Shown here: piece after piece, positions 17,435 to 27,120 of the stretch
Layout of the letters: each line of letters begins with the position of its first letter
Position numbering within the stretch: the first letter of the stretch is position 1
Assembly (NCBI GenBank): GCA_036563555.1
Contig: DATCMG010000529.1
Span: forward strand, 1-37,595
DNA: 37,595 nucleotides
Reading direction: 5' to 3'
DNA from: Roseomonas sp.
GTDB lineage: Bacteria; Pseudomonadota; Alphaproteobacteria; Acetobacterales; Acetobacteraceae
Position numbers and translations under genes: made by a program
Notes under the pieces: generated by a model
Databases searched by the model: none
The model's input: the letters and a program-made list of their open reading frames with translations, nothing else
What the model was told of the DNA's origin: nothing

Positions 17435-17567
17435 TTCGGCGCCCGGTCGGCGGAGTTTTCGGAAGCCCTGAAAGGGCTGGCCGTCCAGCCCGGCCCGCCT
17501 GGCGGTGTTTGGCCGTACCCGGCGGCCGCCCTAAGCTTCCCGCCGGAAACGTCGGGAACTAACCTTC

Positions 17568-18542
17568 ATGCCCACCCCCTCACGCCGCGACGTCCTCAGC
17601 GCAGCCCTGACGGCCTCTATCCTGCCGGCCGGCGCCCGTGCCCAGACGGCTTGGCCCAATCGCCCGATCCGGGTTGTCGTATCCTATGCTCCCGGCGGCG
17701 GCGTGGACGTCCCAACCCGTCTCCTGGCCGAGCACATGGGCGCCGCGCTTGGCCAGCCACTCGTCGTGGAGAACCGTGGCGGAGCCACCGGCTCCATCGG
17801 CGCAGCAGCCGTCGCCCAGGCCGCACCGGACGGGTACACGATCCTCTCCGACGCCTCCGGCCAGGCGCTCAACCCCGCACTGATGTCGAACCTTTCCTTC
17901 GACTACGTCACTGCCTTCGCGCCGATCGGACGCGTTTGCACCCTGCCACAGGTGCTGGTTGTGTTGCCGGGTGGGCCACAGAGCCTGGCCGCGCTGATCG
18001 AGCGCGCGCGCGGTAATCCCGGCCTGACCTATGCCTCCTCCGGCATTGCCTCGGGCCCGCACCTAGCCGGCGCGGTGCTGTCGCGCCGCGCCGGATTGGG
18101 CCTCACACATGTTGCCTATCGCGGCTCCACGCCCGCCATGCAGGACGTGCTTTCGGGCGCCGTGGACATGGCCTTCTCCACCACACCCCAGGCTGTTCCC
18201 CTGGTGCGTGAGGGGCGCCTGCGCGCCCTCGCCGTCACAACGCGCGAGCGGCTGCCCTTCCTTCCGGAGGTGCCAACTGTGGCGGAGGGGGGCTTCGAAG
18301 GCTTTGACGTGAACGAGTGGGTGGCGATGTGGGCTCCTGCCGCAACGCCGGTCGCCGTGCTCGACCGCCTGAACGTTGCCCTCAACGCCGCCCTCGCCGA
18401 TCCCGCACGGCGCGACCGGATGCTCAACGGCTTCGGCGTCCTGCCGACCGGAGGCAGCCGCGATGATCTGGCCCGCTTCGTAGCCGAGCAGCGCGTGGCG
18501 ATGCGCGAGGTGGTGCGCGCGGAGAACATCCGCCTGGAGTGA
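17568..18542 (+). CDS. Bug/TctC substrate-binding protein
   Basis: Tat signal SRRDVL; WPNRPIRVVVSYAPGGGVD; ENRGGATG; HVAYRG. Confidence 0.95.
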   Translation: MPTPSRRDVLSAALTASILPAGARAQTAWPNRPIRVVVSYAPGGGVDVPTRLLAEHMGAALGQPLVVENRGGATGSIGAAAVAQAAPDGYTILSDASGQALNPALMSNLSFDYVTAFAPIGRVCTLPQVLVVLPGGPQSLAALIERARGNPGLTYASSGIASGPHLAGAVLSRRAGLGLTHVAYRGSTPAMQDVLSGAVDMAFSTTPQAVPLVREGRLRALAVTTRERLPFLPEVPTVAEGGFEGFDVNEWVAMWAPAATPVAVLDRLNVALNAALADPARRDRMLNGFGVLPTGGSRDDLARFVAEQRVAMREVVRAENIRLE

Positions 18543-18898
18543 GGGCACTCGGCAACTCCGAGCCTACCTGCAACATGTAGATCCGGCTTCTCGTCGACTG
18601 GCTTATTATCAGCGGCCTAAAGCGCGCTGGACTCTGGACGGCGGATGGAAGCGGCTCTGCCGGCAAGGCGGCAGCAGCTTCCCTGTGTAGAGCCAGGCAT
18701 CCACCAGCCGCACGATCTCCCCGATCTGGCCGATCCGCCCCATGACCCCCGCGGCCTATGCGGGAAGCCGTCCAAAGTGAAGGACAGGTTCATGCCCTTC
18801 TCATTCGAGACGATGGACGCGCCCCGATATTCATAGGTCGGGCCGCCTTGTGGTCCCTGGCTTTCACGATGCGGGGCCGGCGGTCGGGGGAAGGGAGG

Positions 18899-19417
18899 TT
18901 ACAACCCACGCATAGCGGAACGCTGGTAGACCAGTAGGTCGAGGACAGGCGTCTTCTCCCGCCCTAGCGCGAGACCGATCAGGTGATGTGTCTGCCCCCG
19001 GTGGTGCGTTTGGTGATTGAACAGGTGGGCGAGCACCTGATGGAGAGGCTGGGACTGCGGTGCGCCGCTCGTCGTGGCGTAGTCGAGGGGCTGCGCAAAA
19101 CGCTCTTCGCTCAGGCCATCGACGAACGTGATGATTGCCTGATCCTGTGACTGCCGTGCGGCACTGAGTTCCTTGAAGTCCTCGTGGAGAATCTCGTTCA
19201 GTCTCGTGCCGTGCGGGCTCACCCCCTCCAGGCGGCTCGTCCAGAGGCGATCCGTCACGAGGAGGTGGTTGAGGGTCCCGAGCAGCGATCCGAAGAAGGC
19301 GCCTCTATCCTCCGCCAGAGCTTGCGGCGTGAGTTGGGCGGCGCAGTCGTAGACGCGCTCATTCGCCCAACGATTGTACCGCGCGAGCATGCGGAAGTGC
19401 TCCTGCCGAACGCTCAT
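18899..19417 (-). CDS. DinB family protein
   Basis: YNRWAN; FFGSLLGTLNHLLVTD; HLFNHQTHHRGQ (His triad); RBS GAGGAG. Confidence 0.92.
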   Translation of the reverse strand: MSVRQEHFRMLARYNRWANERVYDCAAQLTPQALAEDRGAFFGSLLGTLNHLLVTDRLWTSRLEGVSPHGTRLNEILHEDFKELSAARQSQDQAIITFVDGLSEERFAQPLDYATTSGAPQSQPLHQVLAHLFNHQTHHRGQTHHLIGLALGREKTPVLDLLVYQRSAMRGL

Positions 19418-19867
19418 AGAGGTGCTCCTCATGCTGGCTGCTACAGCATGACGGTATGGTACCGTCTGTTAGGTTCCATCCACTAGCCTTCCGTGATGCC
19501 GCGCTCTATCTGCACGCCGTGACCCACGAGCGCCGCTACGATCCTGCACCCTGTACGACGTGGCTGATCGACCTGTTGCGGGTGGTTGGGTCCACCTACC
19601 GGGCCGCGGCTGGTGAAGGGCTCCCCGGACCGCCTGCATCGAGCGGACCGTAGCGGCCTATGTCGCCGCCGGAGGAGGATGCCTTCGAGCGGCCCGAGTG
19701 AGCCCGGGCGGGCTGCGGTCAGGGATTAGCGGTGCACGGCCCAGTAGCCGATCGCACCGCCCGCCAGCAGCCCGACTGGCGCGGCCATCAGAAGGAGGAT
19801 CTGCGAGAGCGTCATTCCTTCGCCCCTTCCACGAACAAATCATCACGGGCAGCCATGGGCGGGTCAG

Positions 19868-20035
19868 TCACGCCCCGTTCCTACGCTTTTCCTCAACAAT
19901 GCCGAGTTGCTGCCGCAGTTGGGCAAGCTGTGTATTGATCTCATCACACCGGGGCTGGGTCTTGACCATAGACGCCTCCGACTCCTTCAGTTCCTTCTTG
20001 TGCTCGGCGCTCGTGGGCGCCTTGTTCTCGGTCAC
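19868..20035 (-). CDS. small coiled-coil hypothetical protein
   Basis: GTG after GGAGGG; 55 aa amphipathic helix (EINTQLAQLRQQLG). Confidence 0.35.
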   Translation of the reverse strand: MTENKAPTSAEHKKELKESEASMVKTQPRCDEINTQLAQLRQQLGIVEEKRRNGA

Positions 20036-20362
20036 GCCATATCCCTCCCCTTCCCCGTCCCCAGAGCCATCTCCCGGGCAGCAAGATCCCGAGGCCACGG
20101 CCCGTGCTGTGGTCGCGCACCTGGCGCGGGCGAATTACGTCATCCTGCACGGGCCGACGCTGAAGCCGCACAGCTCCAGTGGCTTCTTGCGGAGCCCTGG
20201 CAGGCCGCCTCCGGAGTGATCCGAGTGCCCCTGCCCACCCCCTACGGACAGAGGCACTCGGATTGGGATGCGCAACGGGCGCGGGGTGAACCGTAAGATG
20301 CCTGCGCAGCACTCCACAACCATCGCGTGTGTCTGATCACCAAAGGTTGTGGCCTCCCCCAC

Positions 20363-20476
20363 TGAAGTGGGCCGCCCCGAGATATGGCTTTGAACCGGAG
20401 GGGGACCGAGATGGCGAGCAAGAGACACAAGCTTGAGAAGGTCGTAGCCAAGCTGCGGCAGGGAGATGTTGGTTAG
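20363..20476 (+). mobile_element. IS3-family left-end remnant
   Basis: TGAAGTGG... end-like sequence followed by ATG 20411, MASKRHKLEKVVAKLRQGDV-stop, matching IS3 OrfA N-termini. Confidence 0.65.
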
Positions 20477-20478
20477 GA

Positions 20479-21162
20479 TCAGTGAAGAGGATCATAGGGC
20501 CGTTCCACCCTGCCAGGCCCGCCCGGCTCGGACACGTCACCTGAGCGCCAACGGCCGGCCGCAGCCGCAGTCGTTGCCACCAGGATCCCGGCAAGAGCGA
20601 GATTGACGATCCGCGAGGCCCAGGGGTCGCGCAGCACGCGCGAGAGGGATGCGCCAGCCAGCAGCCAGCCAATGTGGATGAGCACGATCATAACCGCGAG
20701 CACGGCCGTTTCGATCAGCGCCTCTGTAGCGGGAAGCAGGCCTTCGAGCCTTGAACTCGCGAATACGGCGGCGATGGCGACGTAGGCCTTGGGATTGGCA
20801 ACGGCCAGCAGCAGACCGCCGAGCAGCGACGGGGCTGGCGCGGCCGGATCCTGCTGTGGAAGCGGTGGCGCCCGCGCAATCTGGATGGCCAAGTAGAGGA
20901 TGTAGGCTGCCGACAGGGTGGCCAGCACCGGCGCGAGCCGCGGGATCGACAGCAGCATCGCGAAAACGCCTGTCGCAACGGCCAGCAGGACCGCGCCCGT
21001 GCCCAGGATCAGGCCGAGGGCATACCCCAGCGATCGGCGAAGGCCGAAAGCCGCGCCGACCGCTGCCACGCTCATCGTGGACGGTCCCGGGCTGCCCATG
21101 AGGGCGGCGGATGTGAGCACCAGTGCCCAGATGCCCGCCCAGGAAGCAGCCTGCTGATCCAT
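20479..21162 (-). CDS. LysE/RhtB family translocator
   Basis: GSPGP; AAYILYLA; GLLLAVANPKAY; six hydrophobic segments. Confidence 0.88.
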   Translation of the reverse strand: MDQQAASWAGIWALVLTSAALMGSPGPSTMSVAAVGAAFGLRRSLGYALGLILGTGAVLLAVATGVFAMLLSIPRLAPVLATLSAAYILYLAIQIARAPPLPQQDPAAPAPSLLGGLLLAVANPKAYVAIAAVFASSRLEGLLPATEALIETAVLAVMIVLIHIGWLLAGASLSRVLRDPWASRIVNLALAGILVATTAAAAGRWRSGDVSEPGGPGRVERPYDPLH

Positions 21163-21183
21163 TGCCGATCCTGTAGAGTGACC

Positions 21184-22062
21184 ATGATGCCGGGCAGCTT
21201 CATCGAGCATGGCGAAGGTCGTCTTGAAGGGTCGTGCGAGGCGACGCGGGCCGGCGCGCACATTCGCATGGGGCCGAGCAGCAGCGGCATCGAACGCCTG
21301 GAAGCCCGCTTCATGGGCCACGCCTTCGCGCCGCATCGCCACGACACCTACGCGATCGGCGTCACGCTGTCGGGCATCCAGACGTTCCGTTACCGCGGCG
21401 TGCTCCGGCGCTGCCTGCCGGGCCAGTGCCACGTTCTGCACCCGGACGAGTTGCACGACGGCGAGGCAGGGAGCGATGCCGGGTTCGCCTACCGCATCGC
21501 CTACGTCGATCCCGCCCTGGTCCAGCAAGCCCTCGGCGGGGCGCCGCTGCCGTTCGTGGAGGATCCCGTGCTCGACTTGGCTGGCCCCCAGCGCGTCCTG
21601 CTGCAGCCGGCCTGGGAGATGCAATGCTCGCTGGACGGAGTCGGCCAGGTCGATGCCGTCGCCGCCATCGCCGACATGCTCGCAACCGCTTCGGGCACCA
21701 CGCCCCGTCCTGGGACACTTCCCCTCCAGGCGCTGTGGGAGGTTCGGGACCGCCTCGCCGCCGATCCGGTGTCCTGGCCGTCGGCCGCTGCGCTGGAGCG
21801 CTTGTCCGGCCTTGACCGCTGGACTCTCGCGCGCGGGTTCAGGGCGGCTTTCGGCACCAGCCCCAGCCGGTTCCGCACGATGCGGCAGTTGGACCAGGCA
21901 CGCCGGCTGATCGCCCGAGGGGCGCCGCTCGCCGAGGCTGCTATGGCCAGCGGCTTCGCGGACCAGAGCCACCTCTCGCGGCAGTTCAAGCGCTCCTACG
22001 GCTTGACGCCGGGACAATGGGCGGCAGCGCTGCTCCAGCGCAGCTCAGAGGCCCCGCCATGA
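21184..22062 (+). CDS. AraC family transcriptional regulator
   Basis: FAPHRHDTYAIG cupin; HPDELHDG; FRAAFGTSP; GFADQSHLSRQFKRSYGLTPG; divergent from lysE; start uncertain. Confidence 0.92.
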   Translation: MMPGSFIEHGEGRLEGSCEATRAGAHIRMGPSSSGIERLEARFMGHAFAPHRHDTYAIGVTLSGIQTFRYRGVLRRCLPGQCHVLHPDELHDGEAGSDAGFAYRIAYVDPALVQQALGGAPLPFVEDPVLDLAGPQRVLLQPAWEMQCSLDGVGQVDAVAAIADMLATASGTTPRPGTLPLQALWEVRDRLAADPVSWPSAAALERLSGLDRWTLARGFRAAFGTSPSRFRTMRQLDQARRLIARGAPLAEAAMASGFADQSHLSRQFKRSYGLTPGQWAAALLQRSSEAPP

Positions 22063-22298
22063 TATCGCTGCAGGGGTGCCACCCAGAACGGCATGGATGT
22101 GGAAGGGAGGCGCCTATGCGGCTTGCTAAGCACAACAGCTAGCCGTTTTTGAATGCTGCGGTGCACACGCTGCACAGCAGATAAGCAAACGGCGTTGGAG
22201 AGCCCAGATTTCCACTGCCCCGTCGCGAGAACGTCAGGCCCAAAGGGACGAGGGCCGCTCATCATGGGAACGGGAGAGGGCTTTTCCTCTTCCGTCGT

Positions 22299-22640
22299 GT
22301 GACTGGCGTTTCCTCCCTAAACTCGGCGGTGGCTTCGGCTGCCGCCCTTTTTCCCATTGGCCGTTCCATGAGGCGTCAGCCGCGCACGAGGCCCCAGCGA
22401 TCAGCAGAAGAGGAGAAGGCCCGGCTGGCCGCTCGGCAGAGGGGAAAGCTTCTGCAGGTGGTAATCAGCCGAGAACTGGATAACCGAGGGATCACCACCC
22501 AGGCCGCGGTCGGAGAAGCTGTGGGGCTGCCGGGGACCAAGGCCGTCACGCTGCTGAGCAAGAGAACCTTGCGAGAGGACGACCTGGCGGAACTCGAAGC
22601 TGTCGCGGCTCGGCTGGAAGTCCAGGTGCCGCCGCGGTGA
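22299..22640 (+). CDS. hypothetical protein, possible HTH
   Basis: RELDNRGITTQAAVGEAVGLP...LEAVAARL resembles an Xre-like helix pattern. Confidence 0.5.
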   Translation: MTGVSSLNSAVASAAALFPIGRSMRRQPRTRPQRSAEEEKARLAARQRGKLLQVVISRELDNRGITTQAAVGEAVGLPGTKAVTLLSKRTLREDDLAELEAVAARLEVQVPPR

Positions 22641-22708
22641 CGAGGCGGGATGCAGTTGTTGTGACAGGCGAGTGAACTATCCTCGGACCCCCTAGCCCAC
22701 TTCTCTCC

Positions 22709-22756
22709 CTTTCGGTATTTCTGATGCACCGTTTTGGCACCGTAGAGGTGTAGAGG
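22709..22756. repeat. parS/operator-like repeat cluster 1
   Basis: CTTTCGGTAT-N18-GCACCGTAGA recurs with identical spacing at 23387-23424; multiple GCACC/GGTG/GGTAT boxes. Confidence 0.6.
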
Positions 22757-22760
22757 AAGT

Positions 22761-23423
22761 ATGGGAAAGATACTGGTTTCAGGCGGAATCAAGGGGGGGA
22801 TCGGCAAGTCCACCCTGGCGGCGAACCTGGCGGTTCTAGCGGCGCGTGTCGGCAAGGAAGTGCTGCTGGTGGATGCGGACCCGCAGGAGACCACTGCTAC
22901 CTGGGCGGCAGCCCGTGGTGAGCAGCCGGGGGAGCTGGCGCCGGTCACAACCGTGACCATTGTCGGTAAGCAGATCCGGGAAGAGCTGAAGCGCCTAGCC
23001 GACAAGTACGATGTGGTGATCGTGGATGCGGGGGCCCGGGACACCAGCACCCAGCGCGCGGCCCTCTCCGTCGCTAACCTAGTCTTGCTCCCCTTCCCTC
23101 CCCGCGGGCCGGACCTCTGGACCTTGGACGCTGTGGCCCAGACAGTCAGCGATATCCGCACCATCAACGAGGGGCTACGGGCTGTGGCCTTCGTAAACCG
23201 GGCGGACCCGATCGGCAGTGACAATGCCGAAGCGGAAGCAGCCTTTGCAGAGCATGCTGAGGTAATCGAGGCGGCCCCAATACGGGTCGGAAACCGGAAG
23301 GGGATCGCCACCAGCCACTTGATGGGGCTGGCAGCCTGCGAGGCCCAACGCCCGGACGGCAAGGCCGTAGCGGAGTTAGATGCACTCTTTCGGTATGCCT
23401 TTGATACCACCAATGCACCGTAG
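22761..23423 (+). CDS. parA: ParA family partition ATPase (short, type Ib)
   Basis: Deviant Walker A KGGIGKST; LLVDADPQ; YDVVIVDAG; no N-terminal HTH. Confidence 0.92.
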   Translation: MGKILVSGGIKGGIGKSTLAANLAVLAARVGKEVLLVDADPQETTATWAAARGEQPGELAPVTTVTIVGKQIREELKRLADKYDVVIVDAGARDTSTQRAALSVANLVLLPFPPRGPDLWTLDAVAQTVSDIRTINEGLRAVAFVNRADPIGSDNAEAEAAFAEHAEVIEAAPIRVGNRKGIATSHLMGLAACEAQRPDGKAVAELDALFRYAFDTTNAP

Positions 23424-23444
23424 AAGTGCCTTAGAGGTGCATAG
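23387..23444. repeat. parS-like repeat cluster 2
   Basis: Second copy of CTTTCGGTAT-N18-GCACCGTAGA plus TAGAGGTG, at the parA 3' end. Confidence 0.55.
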
Positions 23445-23702
23445 ATGACCAAGCCCAGCAAGTTCAGTCGGCCACAGCGCGAGCCTACCTCAGCCGAGGT
23501 CGAGCGGGTGATCGCCAAAGCTGAGACCCGAGATGATCCCGCCGTCGTGGCGGCACCTGAGGCAGAGGTGCGCTTCACCATGGTTCTGCCGTCGAGCATG
23601 TCGGAGCGGGTGGACAAGGCCAGAAAGGGAGCAGGTGGCATGGCCCGGCTAGCCTGGATCCGGCTAGCTATTGCCGAGAAGCTGAACCGAGACGGTGTGT
23701 AA
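23445..23702 (+). CDS. ParG-like ribbon-helix-helix centromere-binding protein
   Basis: Flexible N-terminus, then VRFTMVLPSSMSERVD...RLAWIRLAIAEKL (RHH); directly after parA. Confidence 0.75.
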   Translation: MTKPSKFSRPQREPTSAEVERVIAKAETRDDPAVVAAPEAEVRFTMVLPSSMSERVDKARKGAGGMARLAWIRLAIAEKLNRDGV

Positions 23703-24035
23703 GTAGTATCTACCATGAACCGTGAATATACCGTCACGGTGCATTAACGGTATCCTCTAAGGGTCAACTGTGGGCTTGGGCCGGCAGGTGGCGCAGTTCC
23801 AGCCGGTGCTATCACCCCACCAGCGCCGCCCCTGGCAGGCCCTGCAGAAGGCGCCGGACGAGGGCGTTGGTGCCTACCCAGGACGAGGGGCGAAGGCGGT
23901 TGGGATCTTGAGGCAGGATCACCGACAACTGGGCCCCGGCTGATCTGGATTGCTCCGCGTTAAGAACCACAGCCCGGGCGCCCCGCCTTGGGTGTCCTGC
24001 GGCCTATCCCGGGCCCGCCGCGCGCAAGGGCCGCG

Positions 24036-25301
24036 ATGGAACCCTACATCCTCCTCCTCGCTGGCCTCGGCGTCCTCATCCTCCTCACGGCTTGGTTGCC
24101 GATGCTGCTGAAGGAGGCCCCGCTCTCATTACCCATCGCCTGCGTGGTCATCGGGGCCGGGATATTTGGACTGCTGCCGATCCCGGGGCTGCCGCCGAAC
24201 CCGGTGGAGTACCGCTCGTTGACAGAGCGGCTGACGGAACTCGTCGTCATCATCTCCCTGATGGGAGCCGGACTGAAAATAGACCGGCCCTTCGCTCTGG
24301 GGAGTTGGGCGATGACCTGGCGGCTGCTGGGGCCGGGGATGCTGCTGACAATCGCGCTGCTGGCGATCGCCGCGCACCTGCTGCTTGGCCTGGGCGCGGC
24401 GGCCGCCGTTCTCCTGGCCGCGTGCCTCGCGCCGACCGACCCGGTGCTGGCCAGCGACGTTCAGGTCGGGCCGCCGCGCTCCGGAGAGGAGGATGAGGTC
24501 CGCTTCGCCCTGACCTCTGAGGCCGGGCTGAACGACGGGCTGGCCTTTCCCTTCGTGCTGCTGGCCGTGATGCTTGCTGGCGGCGACCGCGGCGGTGAGG
24601 GCTGGTGGGGCTGGTTCACCTATGCCGTGCTTTGGAAGATCGCGGCGGGCACGGTGGCCGGGTACCTGCTCGGCCGCGGCCTGGCCTGGGCAATGTTCCA
24701 CATGCCGAACCGGGCAAAGCTGTCCCGCACCGGAGCGGGCTTCGTCGCGCTGGGCATCACGCTGCTGGTGTACGGAGCGACGGAGCTTGTCGGGGGATAC
24801 GGTTTCCTCGCCGTCTTTGTCGCCGCACTCGCGCTCCGCGCCTCGGAGCCCGGGCACAAGTACCACGAGAAGCTGCACGACTTCGCCGAGGAGTTGGAAC
24901 GCTTGCTGATGATGGCACTGCTCGTGCTGCTCGGCGGCGCCGTGGCTGCGGGCGGACTGCTGCGAGAGGCGGACGGCCGGGTCGTCGCCTTCGCGGCCGT
25001 GGCGATCTTCGTTGTGCGTCCGCTCGCCGGCTGGATTGGCCTGTGGGGTACAGGCCGTCCGCCCGAGGAGCGGGCCACCATCGCCTTCTTCGGGATCCGG
25101 GGCATCGGCTCCTTCTACTATCTGTCCTTTGCCCTGGGACACGCGGAGTTCCAGGCCGCCGGAACCCTCTGGGCGACGGTCACCACCGTCGTCCTTATCT
25201 CCGTCTTCCTGCACGGCACGACGGTGACACCGGCCATGGCCGCCCTCGACCGCCGCCGCGGCGGACAGCAGATGGACCTGCCCCTGCAGGACCGGGCCTA
25301 A
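24036..25301 (+). CDS. cation:proton antiporter (CPA1/NhaP-like)
   Basis: LAPTDPVLA; LTSEAGLNDG; FFGIRGIGS; many TM segments. Confidence 0.92.
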   Translation: MEPYILLLAGLGVLILLTAWLPMLLKEAPLSLPIACVVIGAGIFGLLPIPGLPPNPVEYRSLTERLTELVVIISLMGAGLKIDRPFALGSWAMTWRLLGPGMLLTIALLAIAAHLLLGLGAAAAVLLAACLAPTDPVLASDVQVGPPRSGEEDEVRFALTSEAGLNDGLAFPFVLLAVMLAGGDRGGEGWWGWFTYAVLWKIAAGTVAGYLLGRGLAWAMFHMPNRAKLSRTGAGFVALGITLLVYGATELVGGYGFLAVFVAALALRASEPGHKYHEKLHDFAEELERLLMMALLVLLGGAVAAGGLLREADGRVVAFAAVAIFVVRPLAGWIGLWGTGRPPEERATIAFFGIRGIGSFYYLSFALGHAEFQAAGTLWATVTTVVLISVFLHGTTVTPAMAALDRRRGGQQMDLPLQDRA

Positions 25302-25643
25302 CCCCGGCCAGCATGGCGCGCTGAGTTCATGACCGCAGGCCAGCGCCATCGTCCTTCCCAGACCAGGACGAGGGGCGAAGCTGGGACGAGATCAGCAACC
25401 AGTCACGCATTGGTTTTGTCCAATCAGCCATGCGTTTTATCCGGCATTAGACCGGGGCCGCCTCAAGGAAGAGGCGGTCCGCCACCGCCCGGAGGCGTGT
25501 TGCAATAGCGGCAGCCATGACTTCTGAGTCTGGCCGCTGCCCTGACGATCTGAGTAACAACCCTATCAGGAGCTGCCGCTTCAGCCCAAAGGGCCACGTT
25601 CAAGCCTGGTACGTCAGGCAAGAGACCCGACACACGGTATGGC

Positions 25644-26846
25644 ATGACTCGAAAGAGCAAAGTTGGAGTGGATCCTTTGACCGTGGACGCTGCTCCCGAG
25701 CTTGAACGCCAGATTGCCCGTATCCGACTCTACCAGGAGATCCTCACCGATTTTGCCGGTATGGCTCACCAGGCCAGTGACATTGACCGCCTTCTCCAGC
25801 TTGCCTGCGTCCAGGCATCTCGTGGGACTGGCATCGGCCATTCCAAGGTCATGCGCTACCGGCCCGAGACTGGCGATCTCCTCACCGTAGCCGGCGTCGG
25901 CTGGAGGCCAGGTGTGGTCGGCCATGTAACTGTTGGTACGGATCTCGCCTCAGCTCCCGGCCAGGCCCTGCAGACCTGCCAGCCCGTCGTGACTGACGAT
26001 CTGCCGCACGACCCGGAGTTTCGCTACCCCGCCGTTCTGCGCGAACACAGCATCATTTCTGCCCTGAACACGCCCATCGTCGTCGACGGCAGTGTTTGGG
26101 GTGTGCTTGAGGTAGACAGCGAAATCCCCCGGCATTTTCGAGCGGAGGACACACACTTCCTGAGCGGCATGGCAAATACCCTCGGCCTGGCCCTGCACAG
26201 CCGGATAAGCATGCGAAAGGCCGCCGAAGCCGAGGCGAGCGCTGTTCTCGCCCAGGCCCAGGGACAGACACTTCTCGAAGAGCTGCGGCATCGAAGCAAG
26301 AATGATCTCCAGCTTATCATTTCCATGCTTGTCATGCAGAGGCGTCAGCAAACGGACGATCAGGCGAGGCGCGGCTTTGACCATCTGGTGGACCGGGTGG
26401 CCGCCATCAGCATGGCCCACAATCAGCTCGCGCCGGGCAAAGGCGGCGGGAAGATTGGATTGACTGAATACCTCCTGGCCCTTTGCGGCAACCTCGGGCA
26501 GCGGCGGGAAGACATTCGGATCGAGACAGACCTGACCCGCGTCGAAATGCCCCATGATCGCGCCGTCATGCTGGGTCTCGTTGTGAACGAGCTGGCGACA
26601 AATGCTCTGAAATACGCCTTCCCCGAGGGGCGGAGTGGCAGAATACAGGTGACCCTCAGCACCTCCTCTTCGGGAGAGGGATGCCTTCATGTGCGCGATG
26701 ACGGGGTCGGCATGGGGCCACCGCGTCCGGGCAGCTCGGGGACGGGGCTGGTCAAGCGGCTCGTTCAGCAGTTAGGGGGCCGGATTGACCGCGAGAACCT
26801 GCCACAAGGCACAGGGTTCGCTATCTGCTTCCCGCTGGTGACCTGA
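25644..26846 (+). CDS. GAF sensor histidine kinase, HisKA_2 family
   Basis: GAF; ELRHRSKNDLQLIISML; NELATNALKYAF; VRDDGVG; GTGLV. Confidence 0.92.
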   Translation: MTRKSKVGVDPLTVDAAPELERQIARIRLYQEILTDFAGMAHQASDIDRLLQLACVQASRGTGIGHSKVMRYRPETGDLLTVAGVGWRPGVVGHVTVGTDLASAPGQALQTCQPVVTDDLPHDPEFRYPAVLREHSIISALNTPIVVDGSVWGVLEVDSEIPRHFRAEDTHFLSGMANTLGLALHSRISMRKAAEAEASAVLAQAQGQTLLEELRHRSKNDLQLIISMLVMQRRQQTDDQARRGFDHLVDRVAAISMAHNQLAPGKGGGKIGLTEYLLALCGNLGQRREDIRIETDLTRVEMPHDRAVMLGLVVNELATNALKYAFPEGRSGRIQVTLSTSSSGEGCLHVRDDGVGMGPPRPGSSGTGLVKRLVQQLGGRIDRENLPQGTGFAICFPLVT

Positions 26847-27120
26847 TCGAGCAGCCTTGGTCAGTGGCGCATTCAAGGCTTTATAGCAGCTCAGACGCCA
26901 CCCCGGAGGCAGCCAACTCGGCCTCCGCATCCCGCAGCACACTTTCTGCGGCGCGCATCATCAGCCGCGCACCGTCCACCGTCTCCTGTGGCGTGCGCCT
27001 GTCTCAACAGGGCTCGGGTGGCGGTGGCGGCGGTCGCATCGCCATTTCAGCGCGGTGAGCACGAGAAAGGGCGCCGCAATGGCGGCACCCCCCCCATGGC
27101 GGCCAGCAGAGCGCGGCGGC

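Noticed and set aside
18655-18840. Degenerate minus-strand coding-like fragment (YEYRGASIVSNEKG...LVDAWLYTGKL)
   Set aside because: Frameshifted and not assignable to a family without a search
21163-22017. 512 aa apparent LysE fusion
   Set aside because: The extension is the antisense of araC; LysE similarity begins at ATG 21162
22376-23737. 453 aa minus-strand ORF
   Set aside because: Ser/Ala-rich antisense shadow of parA/parG
24129-25349. 406 aa minus-strand ORF
   Set aside because: Shadow of the antiporter
26881-27045. Minus-strand 54-codon frame with an in-frame TGA
   Set aside because: No SECIS or homology evidence; probably a remnant or chance
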